The position numbers and the translations under genes were made by a program. From assembly GCF_964355755.1 (NCBI RefSeq), contig NC_092676.1:9835888-9899887 (forward strand): a DNA stretch of 64,000 bases, read 5' to 3'. This stretch comes from Antedon mediterranea. Lineage: Eukaryota > Animalia > Echinodermata. The notes beneath the pieces were generated by a model. It was given only the letters and a program-made list of their open reading frames with translations. It was not told the origin of the DNA and ran no database searches. Shown one piece after another: positions 26,601-38,875 of the stretch; the first letter of the stretch is position 1, and each line of letters opens with the position of its first letter.

Positions 26601-29600
26601 AGAATGAGTGAATGAAATGTAGGCCTCTTGGCTAGGGCTACCTTTTATTTGATTCAAATGACAGGAATCTATTTAGATGTTATATAAAACAAATAATGAA
26701 TGTTTTATATTCGTGTAATGGTACAAATAATGGCATTTGGTGAATGATGAAAGGTTATATCAACGAGGCAACTCATGCCATTATTTGTACCATTACACTC
26801 ATAAACATTCATTATTTGTATACTATATAACGGCTAAATAAATTCCTTTCGATTGATTGGACGATTGTGGGTCACATGAACGTGAAATAGTACTTTTTCC
26901 ATGTACGAAAACAAATCTTTTGCATACAAAAACAAAACTGAAATTCGATAGCAGCATCGTCAGTTGTTATGGGAACGGAAGCAGCGACACACATGATGCG
27001 ATCCCTCATTGACAACAAGATCAGAAAAATGACAATAATTTACACAAAAAAAGTACTATTACATGATCGTTTAAGTACTATTGCACACCATGTGCCAAAA
27101 TCGTCAAATCAAATGTTGTACTTTTATCAATAAACTCACCTTGATGGAGAGAAGAAGTTTGCCCTTGGTCTGTTGTAGTTCTTTGTAAACGAAGATAGAG
27201 GAATTGTTTCTTGTTCTTCATTGCTCTATGTAGAATAAACACAAACAGTTGTGGTATTTAATGCAATGATACATTTTCAGCTACCAGTGACAAGTTCATA
27301 TTCGATTAATAGACAAGTTTAGAAAACAAGACAATTGTGGGCCATCCCATTGATGTCTGGTATTGTTTTATTACACACCCATTATGCATAAATAAAGTCC
27401 CCAGAATTTGGCTGCGGAGATGCGACATTACAAAAGGAAAAACTAAAGGCCTATTTATACTACAGAAGATAACGATGAACAATAAGTAGATATACACACA
27501 GCTTTCATCCTAGTAGATCTATAGGACAACAATTTATGCTGTTGATGAAAATATTATTTTTTTAAATCCAATCAAATTACATCATGATCAATAAGAAAAA
27601 TTAAAAAACGTCATAATATTAACGCCATCTGAGTGGGTTTGTGAAAATATTATTTTCATTAAAGAAATCATAATAGTTATCCTATAGTTCCCAGTTGAAA
27701 TTTGTTGATTTTGTTTTCTGTAGGAAAAATGTCTATTTATCTACTTATCGTCAATTGTTATCGTTTTAGTATAGATAGGTCTTAAAGATCAGTTTTTGAA
27801 TATGTACAGACAGTGTGGCACATGATGTGAATCAACCAATCAAAAAGGAAGATTACATTTGTGTTTTTGTTGATACTGTACTTACCAGCACTTCCGTATC
27901 TGGGATAGTGTGAATGCCAAGGCTAGGCCTGTCAAAGGTTATCCTGTACGTTGCATTTGCAGGATCAACTGCATCGATTTGGCCAGTGAACAAACCATCT
28001 ACAGGTGATCGCAGTCGGGCTAAAAAATTTAAGAATTTGAATACTTTTACAAAACTTTGTACAGTACAGTGATGTGTACATCAGTGACACCTCTATTGTT
28101 AGTAGTTGAATAGAGATAATAACATGGACAACAAACAAACAATTCGCAACAATAATCCTTGGAGTTACTCCCAAGTTATTTACCATCTGTCAATTTTTAG
28201 TATGTACTGAAAAAACAATAACAACCCTTCACATCTTTACAACTTGAGATCCTGAAATGAAAGGGTCAAGTCTTCCAAGCAAAACATAGCTTTCGAGACT
28301 AAAAGTCATTTTAAAGACACATGTATGTGCAGAATGGCTGCTGAGACATAGTTGAGTGAAAAAGAAAGGTCTCTATTCCATGTATAGCGCTTCAAATACA
28401 TTTTGATATACAGTAGAGAATCTTGTCAGATTCTATTCTCTGAAAACTGGTACTCTCATAAAATATTGGTTCAACTTTAATTTTACTAAACTGAAAGTAA
28501 ATTCTAAAAAAGCAGATAAATTATTTATTTATTTATTTATTTTATATATTTAGGCAAATTGCCAAGGATAACCATAAGCAAATTCAATCACTATCCTTCT
28601 TAAAGGTGGCAATCCGTTCACGAGACAAACATATACACACAATGCTCTACATAAACAAAGTCTTTATTACAAGTAAATACAATCACCTGTTACTTTAGTA
28701 CCAATGACTAGTTGTGAGGGTATCTCTTCTGGTAGATCTTTGAGCTCACTTGGGTCTAGTTCGTGGCTTTTTCTCTGTTGTAATAACCGTATCTTCTGAC
28801 GTTTGGTCTGCAATGCTGCTCTCTCCTCAGCAAAAAACGAAGATGAACATCTAAAAATAGAAACATTTAATTTCACAATGGTAATAAATCACCACTTTTT
28901 TTAATATACTATACATTTTATACTATACCCCTTTTTGAAAAAACCAATACCTATCAAAAACATCTATTCTGAGGACTAGAATGTATTTTGATGTCAACAC
29001 GGAAATGGTTTCACATGTTTGTACCAAAGTAACAATTTATAATTGCAATTACGGTGTGAATTGGGGTATATGGGTGGTTGTACTGGAATCTCATACAAAC
29101 TTGTATCAACAAATGCTCTGTATTCATGTAGAATATTTATTTTAAAATCAACACACGAATTACAGGATGAATAATTGTGCTATTAATTGCCTCAATCTCA
29201 TCAACAAATTTGGGAGTAGAGCAGAAACAGGTATGAGTTACAACCCTGGCACTACTGTAGGTCAAGATTGCAACCAGGACCTTGGGATTGTATTTCCTAA
29301 TCTTGTAAAAGACTGTTTTATAAATTATAAAATGATACCTTCTAGGCTTGCCCATCAGTCTTCTGATTGTGATCCATTCTATGCGTGTCAAATGGCGTGT
29401 CTTCAATTGAGGAAACGACTCCTTCAAACATACACAAAAGTCATTTTCACCTTCAAATAAAGCTCTAAATACAAGATACAATGCAATTTGTAATTTAGAA
29501 TCGATACTGAAGGTCGCCTAAATTTTTTTAGTTTTTTAACTTTACAATACTTAGTGTCAGGCCTGCTTAGTGTTGTATATTCTGGTACAGCCGCTCCATA

Positions 29601-32600
29601 ATCTCTTTGCTTTTCTTCCTTATATCTTTACTCTTATTAAAAGTTTTACTAACGAATTTTATTTATATTTTTGCTTTATGTACATGTCAACTTACGTTCA
29701 ATTTTCTCATTGCAACTTGTACAATGTAATTTAGAAAACTACAACCATTTTTCAATAAACATACACATCATACAACGTACATTTCTAGCCTAACAAATTT
29801 TTCAAAACTTCTATTTTTTAAAAGTCGAAGATAGCCAGGTCTTGGGTCCATTCTATTGTCACCACAGATTGATATCTTCATTCAGTACTTCTAAGAATTG
29901 ATGATTATAACATAACATAGATAATTTACTCTAAATTTGCTCACTCTGAGTTTATGCATATGTTGGTGGACAACCTCAATATATTATGTAAAACATATTT
30001 TTGGTGGCTATTATAAACCTATTTGTTTTCAAATTTGTAAAGTTCAAAATTACAAAATGATGAAAGAAGCTTACTTGTCCAAATTTGAGTAGAACCATTC
30101 ATATATACACCATTTGTATGCCTTAGGCAACTTAAGCAGATTCTTTAAACGTGTACCAAGATTCTGAGCAGCTCTTTTATCAGGTGTACTTAACACATTT
30201 CCACCAGTCCTCTAATAATTAAAAATAAGTATAAACAATATCATATTTTATATAATATTTAAACTATAAATAAATTGACACAGGGCCCGTTTCTTCTGAA
30301 AATTCTCAAAAGAACGGTTTTCTGCAGAACCAATTTTTATTAAAAAGATAGAAAAAAATTGCTCAACGGAAACAATTTTTAAAACAGGTATATGTGAGAC
30401 CGGAATCAATTGGGGGTTTTAATCCTGTATTTGGTTTTGTTATGTACAGTAGTGTACTATACGGTATTAAAAATATGGCATTTAATTCTGTATTCTCTTG
30501 CATTAGTCATAAACCAATATTGCTTAAGCAAAATAGGAGAAGAGTCAGATGGCCCAAAACAATGTATCGGAGTACAGTGGAAAAAAGAGAGAGAATATCT
30601 AGGACCTCTTTTCTAAAGCATATCAACTTAATAGATAATACTGTAAAAGAATATGTGCGCTATATAAATTATTATGAAGGACATCAGAAGAACGAAGTCA
30701 AAAAAATCGTCACGGACAGAACCAACTAGAAAATTGCCACTGCAGCCTTATGGGCCACAAGGCCTGTAACTATAGTAATTACCGTACTGACGCGGGTATA
30801 AGCCCATACTCGGGTATAAGCCCACCCCCGACTTTTGACTAATTTTCATGAAAATCTACAGTGCGTGTCGGAATACATTATTTTGTATTTGGCGACGTCC
30901 ATACACCGAATACACCTACCTTTGATCATAACCAAGCTAGGCTAATAATATACGCTAGGCCATATGAGGCCTAGCGGTCCTGTTTTGTTTACACTCCATC
31001 GCGTTCGAAGATCGCTTCACACACGATGCTACAAGTCGCCAAAACGGGAAAACCACTATTTCGTATCGGCTGCCATAAACAAGCTTATTAAATTTCTTTG
31101 GTACATTTCTATTTAACGAACATTGTATACTTGCTTTTCTGCTTGATAAATTCTTGTTAAATTGATGTTTAAAATAAGATATTCTACGATAAATTACACG
31201 AACTATAAACTTAATTTTCCGACACTCTACACCTCGTGTATTTAGAGGCAACGTCGTACACGCGAGGGCGCTCGCTCGCATGGTGGAATACACAGTGTAC
31301 ATGTGCTGTTTTTGACAATCTGCATTTTTGGATCCTCGGGTATAAGCCCACCCCCCAAACTTGACTTGATTTCATGTTTGAGGGGGGTGGGCTTATACCC
31401 GCGTCAGTACGGTAGTATTGCAAAAAATCAATATATATATTGTTTTTTTGCGTGAAACAGCTACAATTTTAAAGTTATTATCCATAACCATAACATTTTC
31501 AGTATTCATTCAATATGGTTGAAATATTTTTCTAAGTGTGTTACCCTAACCCTATACTTATAGAATAGTAAAACCTACCGCACGCCTTTCTCTTGGTCTT
31601 GGTGTAACAATTTTTAGTGGCGTAGACTTTGACCTTTTGCTTGGTGATGAACGCAGAGATATAGCTGATGTATCTTCATAGTCATCAAAAATTAATCTGT
31701 TTCGTTTTCGGATTCGTGGTGGCTAAAGGAAAAATAAAACCAGAGTTACCTTTTATTCGAAATATACATATTGTATTGACTGAAGTAAATTTGTGCTACT
31801 GTACATATTGAACAGCTAAGCAAATTCAGAGGCATAAAGATACAAACTGTAAATCTGTAAAGGCATTTAGGAGTCTGTTAGGTGAGTGACTGCACTCACA
31901 CACCTCAAAAGACAAGGCCTGGAGTCTGTTAGGTGAGTGACTGCACTCACACACCTCAAAAGACTAGGCCTGAATGAACTGTTTTTTTACACTTCTTACT
32001 GTATGCAATGCACATTTCTAAATTCAAAATCATAATTACAATCCAGTAATGTTTAAAAGAAATGTTCTTTACATTAATTTTGTTGTGCGTAATGCCATGC
32101 AGTTTCCACTCATATGAAACATTTCAAAATCAGGATGTTTATCACGCAAAGGCGGTGCTGCAGTTTACGATTATTACATAGAGAGAGTGCATTTAAGATT
32201 TTCAAATTAATGCTGCAAACCTCATTCATTAGCCACTGAAAAAGTTGGCAGTTAGTATAAAACTTTAGATATTGTACCCCTCACAAATGAAATAAGTTTA
32301 CTTACCCTGCGAGGACTATCCTCCTGTGATGAGGATGGTGATGGTTTACTTTTACCAGCACTTCGTAGACTCATTAAAGCCTCTGCAGAGTCTGTGTGAA
32401 ATTTAAAAAACAAAAGGGTGAATCTCAGTTGATGTCAAATCAACCAGAGCTTTCAGCGCTATCGTGTCAGAATTTGACAAAACTCCACAAATATGATCTG
32501 CCATGTGAAAACCCTCAATTAGAATTAGTGTTTACTTTGTATATGAATGGGGTCACACTAATCTATGTCCGGTTTTTATGACAATAAGTTAAAGACATGG

Positions 32601-35125
32601 TGTCAGTTGAAATCGGTCATGCTTGAAATCGGTCGTGCTTGAAATCGGTCGAGATAAATCAACATCCGGTATTTTGTATGGAGCACTGCTAGAAACACTT
32701 TTTCTATTAGTTACATTTGAATAATTTTTTAATACAGTAAATAGAAATGTTCATCTCCTATTTTATATTAATTTGTGTTTTCATTTTATCTTTACTATTG
32801 AGATAACTTTTTAGTCTGTAAACTGTTAAAAATGTGAAAAATAAGATGATTCTAGTAATTTTAGCGGCCCGCTATAAATCCCAAAATGCATTGCGCGCGG
32901 ATTGATATTTTTTTTTCTTCTGTAATTCACCCACTTTTCGATCGATCGTGAGGCAAAAACAAATGGAAGACTCCTAACTTTTCGGCGAAAATACCGGGTT
33001 TTTCCCAATTTGTATCAACGGAGTCTGGCAAAAATAGAAAGATAATTAATGTAGCAACTATTACGTCAAGCTAGGTATATAACTAGCGTACGATGTTCGT
33101 ACGTTACCGATGTTTACCAGCTAGGCCTAAAAAACTAAGCCTAGCTAGGCTACAGTAGGCCTAAAGACCGTCCACGAGGTCATTCGCCGCGAGCTACTTA
33201 CAGTAGGTAGTGCATTGTTTCTCACTTTTTATCATTTTACCAGAAAACGTACATTTAAAACAAGGAATGACCTGGTTTGATGTTTTTAAAGTAATATATA
33301 ATATGTAATGATTATGTATTATTTTTACAAAATGTCACAAATTTTTTAGGGAAGGGGTCTTTAAGTTAATAATAAAATAAAAAATAAACAATTTAATTAT
33401 TGATTTATTTTTAGCAAATAAAAAATATCCACATAAATTAAATAATCTACTAGTTCCTAAAAAATATCAATTAAAGGAAAATGTATATCCTGCTCTCATG
33501 CATCCCGCTCCATAAAAAAAAACGCTATCGATTTCAAACGTGACTGATATCATCAAAAGTCTAGCGGTGCACCATACAAAATGCCGGAATTTGATTTTAT
33601 CGCGACCAATTTCAAACGCGACCGATATCTTAATAAGCCAAAGACACTACTAGTACTACTGTAGTTTGGCCTAGAAGGTATACTGTACAATTTACAATAA
33701 CAATTTGTAGCACGAAATTCGTCTAATAATAAAATAGCACTCTGGGACTATGTATGTGCACTACAGTACTAAACCCATAGATAGCTAGTTACCCTCTCTC
33801 TAGGTCTACCCAGATAGTATTTTAGCAGACTTAGGTAGGCCTAGTTTTAGTTTAGTTAGTTTTTTAGGCCCTAATCTAAAGACTAAATAATTAATTAAAA
33901 GTTTAAAAAAACGCTGTGGCTAAAGATACGGTACCGTATTCTAACTTCTGTTTACTAAAGGTACGGTAAAATTGCATTACGTCATAATCAGCCAATGGGG
34001 TGCTTGTACGTGTGTGACGTCATCGTATAAGGACTTTTGATTTTTTTTCATATCGCGTCTGTTGTTTGTATGTAGAGAATTCCTGTCGGCGGCGCCAGGC
34101 TGCATGGATGTGTGTGCGCTGATGAGGGTTAAATTATTTTTATTCCAAATGGCCTTTAGGCCTATATTTTTTATTAAACTTTGTTTACAATGGTGACCAT
34201 AAACAACAAGCAAATGCGGGCCCTCAAATACTATGATTTTTAGACAGTAGCCCAGGTCTGAGTCACAGAAATCAGCGCACACATGCAGCTGGCCCCAGCC
34301 TGGCATCGCTTTCCCTACACAAACAAACTCATATAATGAGGTTATAGTACGTAGTAAGTAGGCCCCGAAGTAGGCCTAGCCTAGGCCTCTTTTGAAACGG
34401 TTTTCTGTATTCTAGAATTAAAATCAACATGTTTTGCCTTTTCAATAACAATAACAGACGTAGGCTGCATTTAGTTTTTGTCACACACGACGGCGATAAT
34501 ACTCATAGCGATAAATGAAGCAAAGAAAATGCGGTTGATCCCCGGGTTGATCACTGTTTTCGCGATATGAAAAAAATCCAAAGTCCTTATACGATGACGT
34601 CACATACGTACCAGCACCCCATTGGCTGGTTATGACGTAATGCAATTTTACCGTACCTTTAGTAAACAGAAGTTAGAATACGGTACCGTATCTTTTAATA
34701 GCCACGGCGTTAAAAAAAAGTTTTTTTTTATTATAATAGGTATACTAATTAATAGGGAGGCCTAGGCCTACTTAATAAGCCCAGGATAGAGGGGGTTGTA
34801 ACTGTATAATAGATTCTAGAAAATCAAACTGGCTTAACTAGCTAATAGCTAGGCCTGGACTCCTACACTACACATGACATGGTCCGGCTACTTCACAATT
34901 TTATCGCCGCCAGACATCCAATCAGAACGGGTCTGGGGTCGCTAGGCCTAGACTATAGAAAGCAATAAAGGCATTGTAAACCCTACGCATTTTAAATAAT
35001 GTAAGTCTTAACTGAATATATGAAGATTCTTATGTAATGTTATACAGTAGAAATTATGCTTTAAAAGTTAATTTTAAAAGTTTATTTGTGTGTGTATCCT
35101 TACTTTCTACCGACGTGTCCGCCAT
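17637..35125 (-). CDS. LIN9: LIN-9 (MuvB/DREAM core subunit; DIRP, Tudor-like and C-terminal coiled-coil regions), complete
   Basis: 14 phase-compatible exons: 35125-35104, 32391-32306, 31722-31579, 30211-30075, 29464-29339, 28850-28687, 28019-27886, 27225-27140, 26079-25944, 25540-25460, 25128-25003, 19346-19167, 18585-18491, 17742-17637. Hallmarks: LKNLLKLPKAYKWCIYEWFYSNLDK, CLKESFP..EW..IRRLMGKPRRCS, DGLFTGQIDAV, CFQNNVEVHVAHIQSG. Confidence 0.97.
17772..17895. repeat. Minisatellite, 19-bp unit x ~6
   Basis: (aacaatgaatacagttcat)n in the last coding intron of LIN9. Confidence 0.95.
19417..19756. mobile_element. MITE with ~55-bp TIRs and internal TGCGTCA repeats
   Basis: atgcacttgtcaattgtatgactcactatacgacccc..gagaggtgcgtcat mirrored at ~19702-19756. 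Confidence 0.8.
19986..20390 (-). CDS. Candidate alternative first coding exon (135 codons) able to splice in frame to LIN9 exon 19346
   Basis: agtATGGCG start; 405-nt stop-free, GC-richer frame (MAAEIAEEQ...SPKKARYECN) ending at a phase-0 GTATGT donor. The next LIN9 acceptor (cag|ATT GCT) is phase 0. No transcript evidence. Confidence 0.5.
20560..20774. promoter_or_regulatory. Putative bidirectional promoter and VHL non-coding first exon
   Basis: CpG-richer patch between the divergent 20390 ATG and a + strand GTAAGT donor at 20769; TACGTG at 20654 and 20675. Confidence 0.4.
21105..22450. repeat. Tandem array of ~90-102-bp hairpin-containing units (21481-22450, about 10-11 units), apparently derived from a TIR-bounded element at 21105-21497
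   Basis: GTGCCCTGACGGATGA, 13-nt loop, TCATCCGTCAGGGCAC in each unit, plus a ttaaca..tgttaa mini-hairpin. Confidence 0.95.
22576..23031 (+). CDS. VHL: von Hippel-Lindau protein (pVHL), single coding exon, nested antisense in a LIN9 intron
   Basis: F.NKSPR.V..IWLNYQG, TY.THPWIFRD (beta domain, hydroxyproline-pocket Trp/His/Trp) and LPIYSLKERCLQV (BC box). Polypyrimidine tract plus AG acceptor at 22563-22564, 11 nt before the ATG. Confidence 0.95.
   Translation: MPPHSRIKSENSETRIYVKFINKSPRNVRVIWLNYQGQPVWRPYNNTAGLSPNQTFNIYTYITHPWIFRDNLTGDKIVYKEGLTEKQVYYPKELAENQEYNVTLVLPIYSLKERCLQVMRRLVRQQSVHSLEIPQTLKDEILRPVFRINDT
23163..23445. mobile_element. Degenerate copy of the TTAA MITE also found at 42369-42694, in the predicted VHL 3' UTR
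   Basis: Shared blocks ttttgctttaaattacagtttttt, tattatgtgacattaaa and terminal ggggacaata. Confidence 0.55.
24716..24912. mobile_element. MITE
   Basis: taaaggccaatttacactgacaaatggtaa ... ttaccacttgtctgtgtaaattttccttaa. Confidence 0.5.
27445..27785. mobile_element. MITE
   Basis: aaggcctatttatacta..gataacgat mirrored by ttatcgttttagtatagataggtcttaa. Confidence 0.45.
30782..31412. mobile_element. Tc1/mariner-pogo-type MITE
   Basis: Perfect 25-bp TIR ccgtactgacgcgggtataagccca, TA on both sides, repeated subterminal cgggtataagccca. Confidence 0.85.
31870..31971. repeat. Tandem duplication, ~51 bp x2
   Basis: ggagtctgttaggtgagtgactgcactcacacacctcaaaagac.aggcct occurs twice. Confidence 0.9.
32605..33630. 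mobile_element. Long-TIR element containing a nested, 5'-truncated copy (32796-33364) of the element at 992-1624
   Basis: (ttgaaatcggtc)x3 ... ccggtattttgtatggagcactgctaga mirrored at ~33560-33630. Confidence 0.65.
33910..34711. mobile_element. Non-autonomous element with ~150-bp TIRs in LIN9 intron 1
   Basis: 33910-34057 and 34561-34711 are near-perfect reverse complements. Confidence 0.85.
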
Positions 35126-35164
35126 CTTGACGCGCCTATTTTCAAAGGTATTGCATTGTGGGAA
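35118..35164 (-). promoter_or_regulatory. LIN9 proximal promoter motifs: YY1-like, CDE/CHR-like, ZNF143/Staf-like
   Basis: CCGCCATCTT over the ATG; CGCGCC-4 nt-TTCAAA at 35131-35146; TTCCCACAATGCA on the minus strand at 35152-35164. Confidence 0.5.
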
Positions 35165-36067
35165 TGTGACAGGAGGAGGATATCTAGTTAGGAGGAGGAG
35201 GAATAAATATAGCACGGCGGGGAGGGGGTTTGTGTTCGATGATGATACTACGCAGACGTGACGGATATCGGATCATCATCAGATATTAATAAATCCGATA
35301 TATCTTCATTCTTGGATTTAAACGATTTTTAATATATTACTGTCTGGATTTTGTGAATCTGTTATGTGATAATATTAAAAAGAAGTAGGCCTAATAAAAA
35401 GGCTGTACATATATCAAACTGCTTAGATAAAATGTCAATCAATTACTAATTAGAATAATTCTTCTTGTAGTACAAGTAGAAATGTGAAACTCTCTCTGAT
35501 AATAAAATCTTGTGTAGGCCTACTATCATTATTACGTTTATTCAAAGCGCGGCGTTACTCGAATAATCGTGGTAGTCCAACTTCTTTAAAATGTTTAGTA
35601 AACAATCAGAGGTATCTATATAATGATTAATATAGTATTATATGTTTAGCATTTTGTTATACCAGGGAGTTGTAAAATAACAACTCCCTGGTTTAAATAC
35701 ACAGCGGACTTCTGTAATGTTATAATGATGTAGACACCGGAGGCGCGGCCAGTCGGGGTCCTAATACTTTTTGGAACTGTTTGCTGGTTTTGTTTTTTAC
35801 AGGCTATTTTAATATCGCATTATATAATAATATGACGGTCTTAATCAAAGGTTTAATTGCTTTTTTTTATCAGTCATAAATAGAAAATAATTTAAAAAAA
35901 AAAATATGATCCACTGGCATATTACGATGTATGCCCTAATAAAAATCAAATCATTATGGGAGAGGGAGTTCGAGGTAATTTAATTTATTCCCATTTTTTT
36001 TCACAGGCCTCTGTAATATAGAAAGTATGGCCTACCGTTCAACATGGAGGTCTAATTATAACTACAT

Positions 36068-37967
36068 CAGGCCCGTAGCCAGAATGCATGAGAGGGGGTT
36101 TTCTTGACACCAAGTATTTTGCGAGCGCAGCGAGCAACTGTAGGCTGGGGGCCAGGGGGCCGCCAAGGGCCCCCGGTCGGGGTCCAGGGGGCGAAGCCCC
36201 CTGGAAGCTTTGGCTCTCAGAGCAATTTTGGTTGTTTTAATAAGCTTACAGAGACATTTTTTACCTACTAAAATCTGGGTTATGCAGAGAAATTATATAG
36301 TAGGCCTACAGTATGGAAGTTAGTAGTACTGATCATGAAATACAGCTTTATTGTTGCAAAAAAGTATATTATATTAGGCCCTTAAGTAATTTCTTATCCT
36401 ATAAACATAAAAAACAAATAGTACCGTATATTTCGGTGTACAAGTCGCACCTGTGTATAAGACGCACCCATAACGGAGACTGAAATATTAGTATTTTTTA
36501 TGTAGTCGATGCATAAGACGCACTTATTTCTAGGCCGAAATTTAAACATTTTACAATCAAAACAATGGTATTTTAATAATAAAATAACGATATTTGAGAC
36601 ATATTAGAATCAAATGATATAATTTTGTTTGATTGCCTTTATTACATCGTAATCAGTCTCTACTTCAACTGAACGTTCAATGAAAAGGGAAATCCCCATA
36701 TTGTTTCAGTTACGATGCACTGTGTGGGTAGGGCTAGCCTAAGTCTATTTAAGTAACTTTAATTTCATATTATTTAAATATATACCTTCTTATTGTGTGT
36801 ATGACCATTATAAAATCAATCCAAATGATGTTCAGTTTTTTGGGCTGATAATGAACCAGGAATATCATGTTGGGTAGGCCTATATGAAAATCTTTCCTAT
36901 TTCCATGCATGCATTACAGCAATATGAGGAGAGAGCACTAACCATGTGCTCCTTGCCTGGTGGCCAGCACTGTTGGCCATATACACTATAAGATTAGGGG
37001 AAGCTACTTAACACAATAACAACACACTCTTTTAGATATCGCTTGACATACGAACTATTGACTACATGATTATAAAATTATGTGATTGTTGACATAGAGA
37101 TGTAATAAAAATAAACCACCGTGATCAAGGGAAATAGTTATTGTGTAAATAAAATGTGACACCACCGTAATTAATGGACTCTTCCATAAATGTGTTGCGC
37201 TGTGATGATGCTGCATGCTGCTAGAATACACACCCGCGAGTTCAGAGAGTATTGCTAGGCCTGGGTAGAATATCTAATGCGTACTGTAATATTAATTAAT
37301 ACAGTCGAGGATGACAATTTACCTTAACTAAAAATTCAATAAACTTGTTACCACACTGTGGTTAGACAGGAGTGAGTAACTAGCTAGGCCTACATTGCAG
37401 AGTAGTAGGCCTACACTATTTTTAATTAATTTAAGTATTAGTAGGTAATTAAATTAATTAGGGTTACATTTAGAGGTCAAATTTGCGTGTCAAAAGTGCG
37501 TCTTATACACCGAAATATACGGTAGGCCTACGTACACGTACCAATTTAACTCAGCACCATTTTTATTCAAGTTTAAACAGTGAAATTCTTTGGTTTAATG
37601 AAAAATATTTCCAGGAAAAAAATAAAAATCCCCAAAAAGATTGAACTGAACTGAACGTGATCTTGTGCGTTCCGAAGCCCGGCCGAAGCACGTCCATTTT
37701 TCTGTCATATTTATAACCATCATCTCTCAACAATCTCTCGATCTCACGCTCAGCAGTGACTTTGACATCGGACAATCTGTATATTCGATCGATTTAAACA
37801 TAGTCAATAAGTAAAATGACCAAAAAATCTGCTATAATTGATAATTAATTGCACGATTTTGGAAGTGGGGCCTTTGTTTTTCAAGGGGGGTTCGCTGGTA
37901 AAAGGGGGGTTCGCGCAAAAGGGGGGGTTCGCCCGAACCCCAAAAAACCCCCCTGGCTACGGGCCTG
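36068..37967. mobile_element. hAT-like non-autonomous element with a 5-bp TSD
   Basis: 15-bp TIR caggcccgtagccag / ctggctacgggcctg, flanked by TACAT on both sides. Confidence 0.8.
36424..37522. mobile_element. pogo/Tc1-type MITE nested in the previous element
   Basis: TIR ccgtatatttcggtgta(c/t)aag(t/a)cgcac with TA flanks. Confidence 0.85.
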
Positions 37968-38093
37968 TACATGGTTATCATGGCCTCTAAATTTTTTTAT
38001 TGTTTCTTTTTTCACAATAATTATTACCTGTGCGGAAAACGTTTAAACTAATATTACGCCCTCTCTACTACGGGGCGCCGTTTGGGACATTGC

Positions 38094-38622
38094 TAATTTT
38101 GTCGAAATATTACAATTTTGTCTACACATAATTAATTTTGTCAATACAAAATTCATTTTGTCAACACAAAATTCATTTTGTATTGACAAAATTCATTTTT
38201 TGTTGACAAAATTTATTCTGTGTGGACAAAATTCATTTTGTCTCGACAAAATTAATTCTGTGTAAACAAAATTCATTCTGTGTAGACAAAACTAATTCTG
38301 TGTTGACAAAATTAATTCTGTGTAGACAAAATTCATTCTGTAACGACAAAATTCATTTTGTGGCGACAAAATTCATTCTGTAACGACAAAATTCATTCTG
38401 TGTGGACAAAATTAATTCTGTGTAGACAAAATTCATTCTGTGTAGACAAAATTCATTCTGTAACGACAACATTAATTCTGTGTGGACAAAATTAATTCTG
38501 TGTGGACAAAATTAATTCTGTGTAGACAAAATTCATTCTGTGTAGACAAAATGAATTTTGTTGCAACAAAATTCATTTTGTCGAGACAAAATAAATTTTG
38601 TCGCGACAAAATAAATTTTGTT
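38094..38622. repeat. 21-bp tandem array in the left arm
   Basis: (gacaaaatt[c/a]att[c/t]tgtgt[a/g])n, about 25 copies. Confidence 0.95.
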
Positions 38623-38875
38623 AGCCGAGCCTACTCAAGCGTGGGACAAAACGTTTTTTAAAACATTTTGTCCCACGCTTGAGTAGGCTCCGTTTTAATA
38701 TTTAAATTAGAAGGCGGAGTTTAAACGTGAAAAGGGCAAGACAGGGTGAAGCTATCTTTGACATTTGTTATTGGTTAAGTTATTATGGCTGAGCATGCCT
38801 CCGTCTCTATTGCTATCATATTAATCTATTTTATAATATCAGGGAACCCCTGAAAATATCAGATATGATCAGTAT

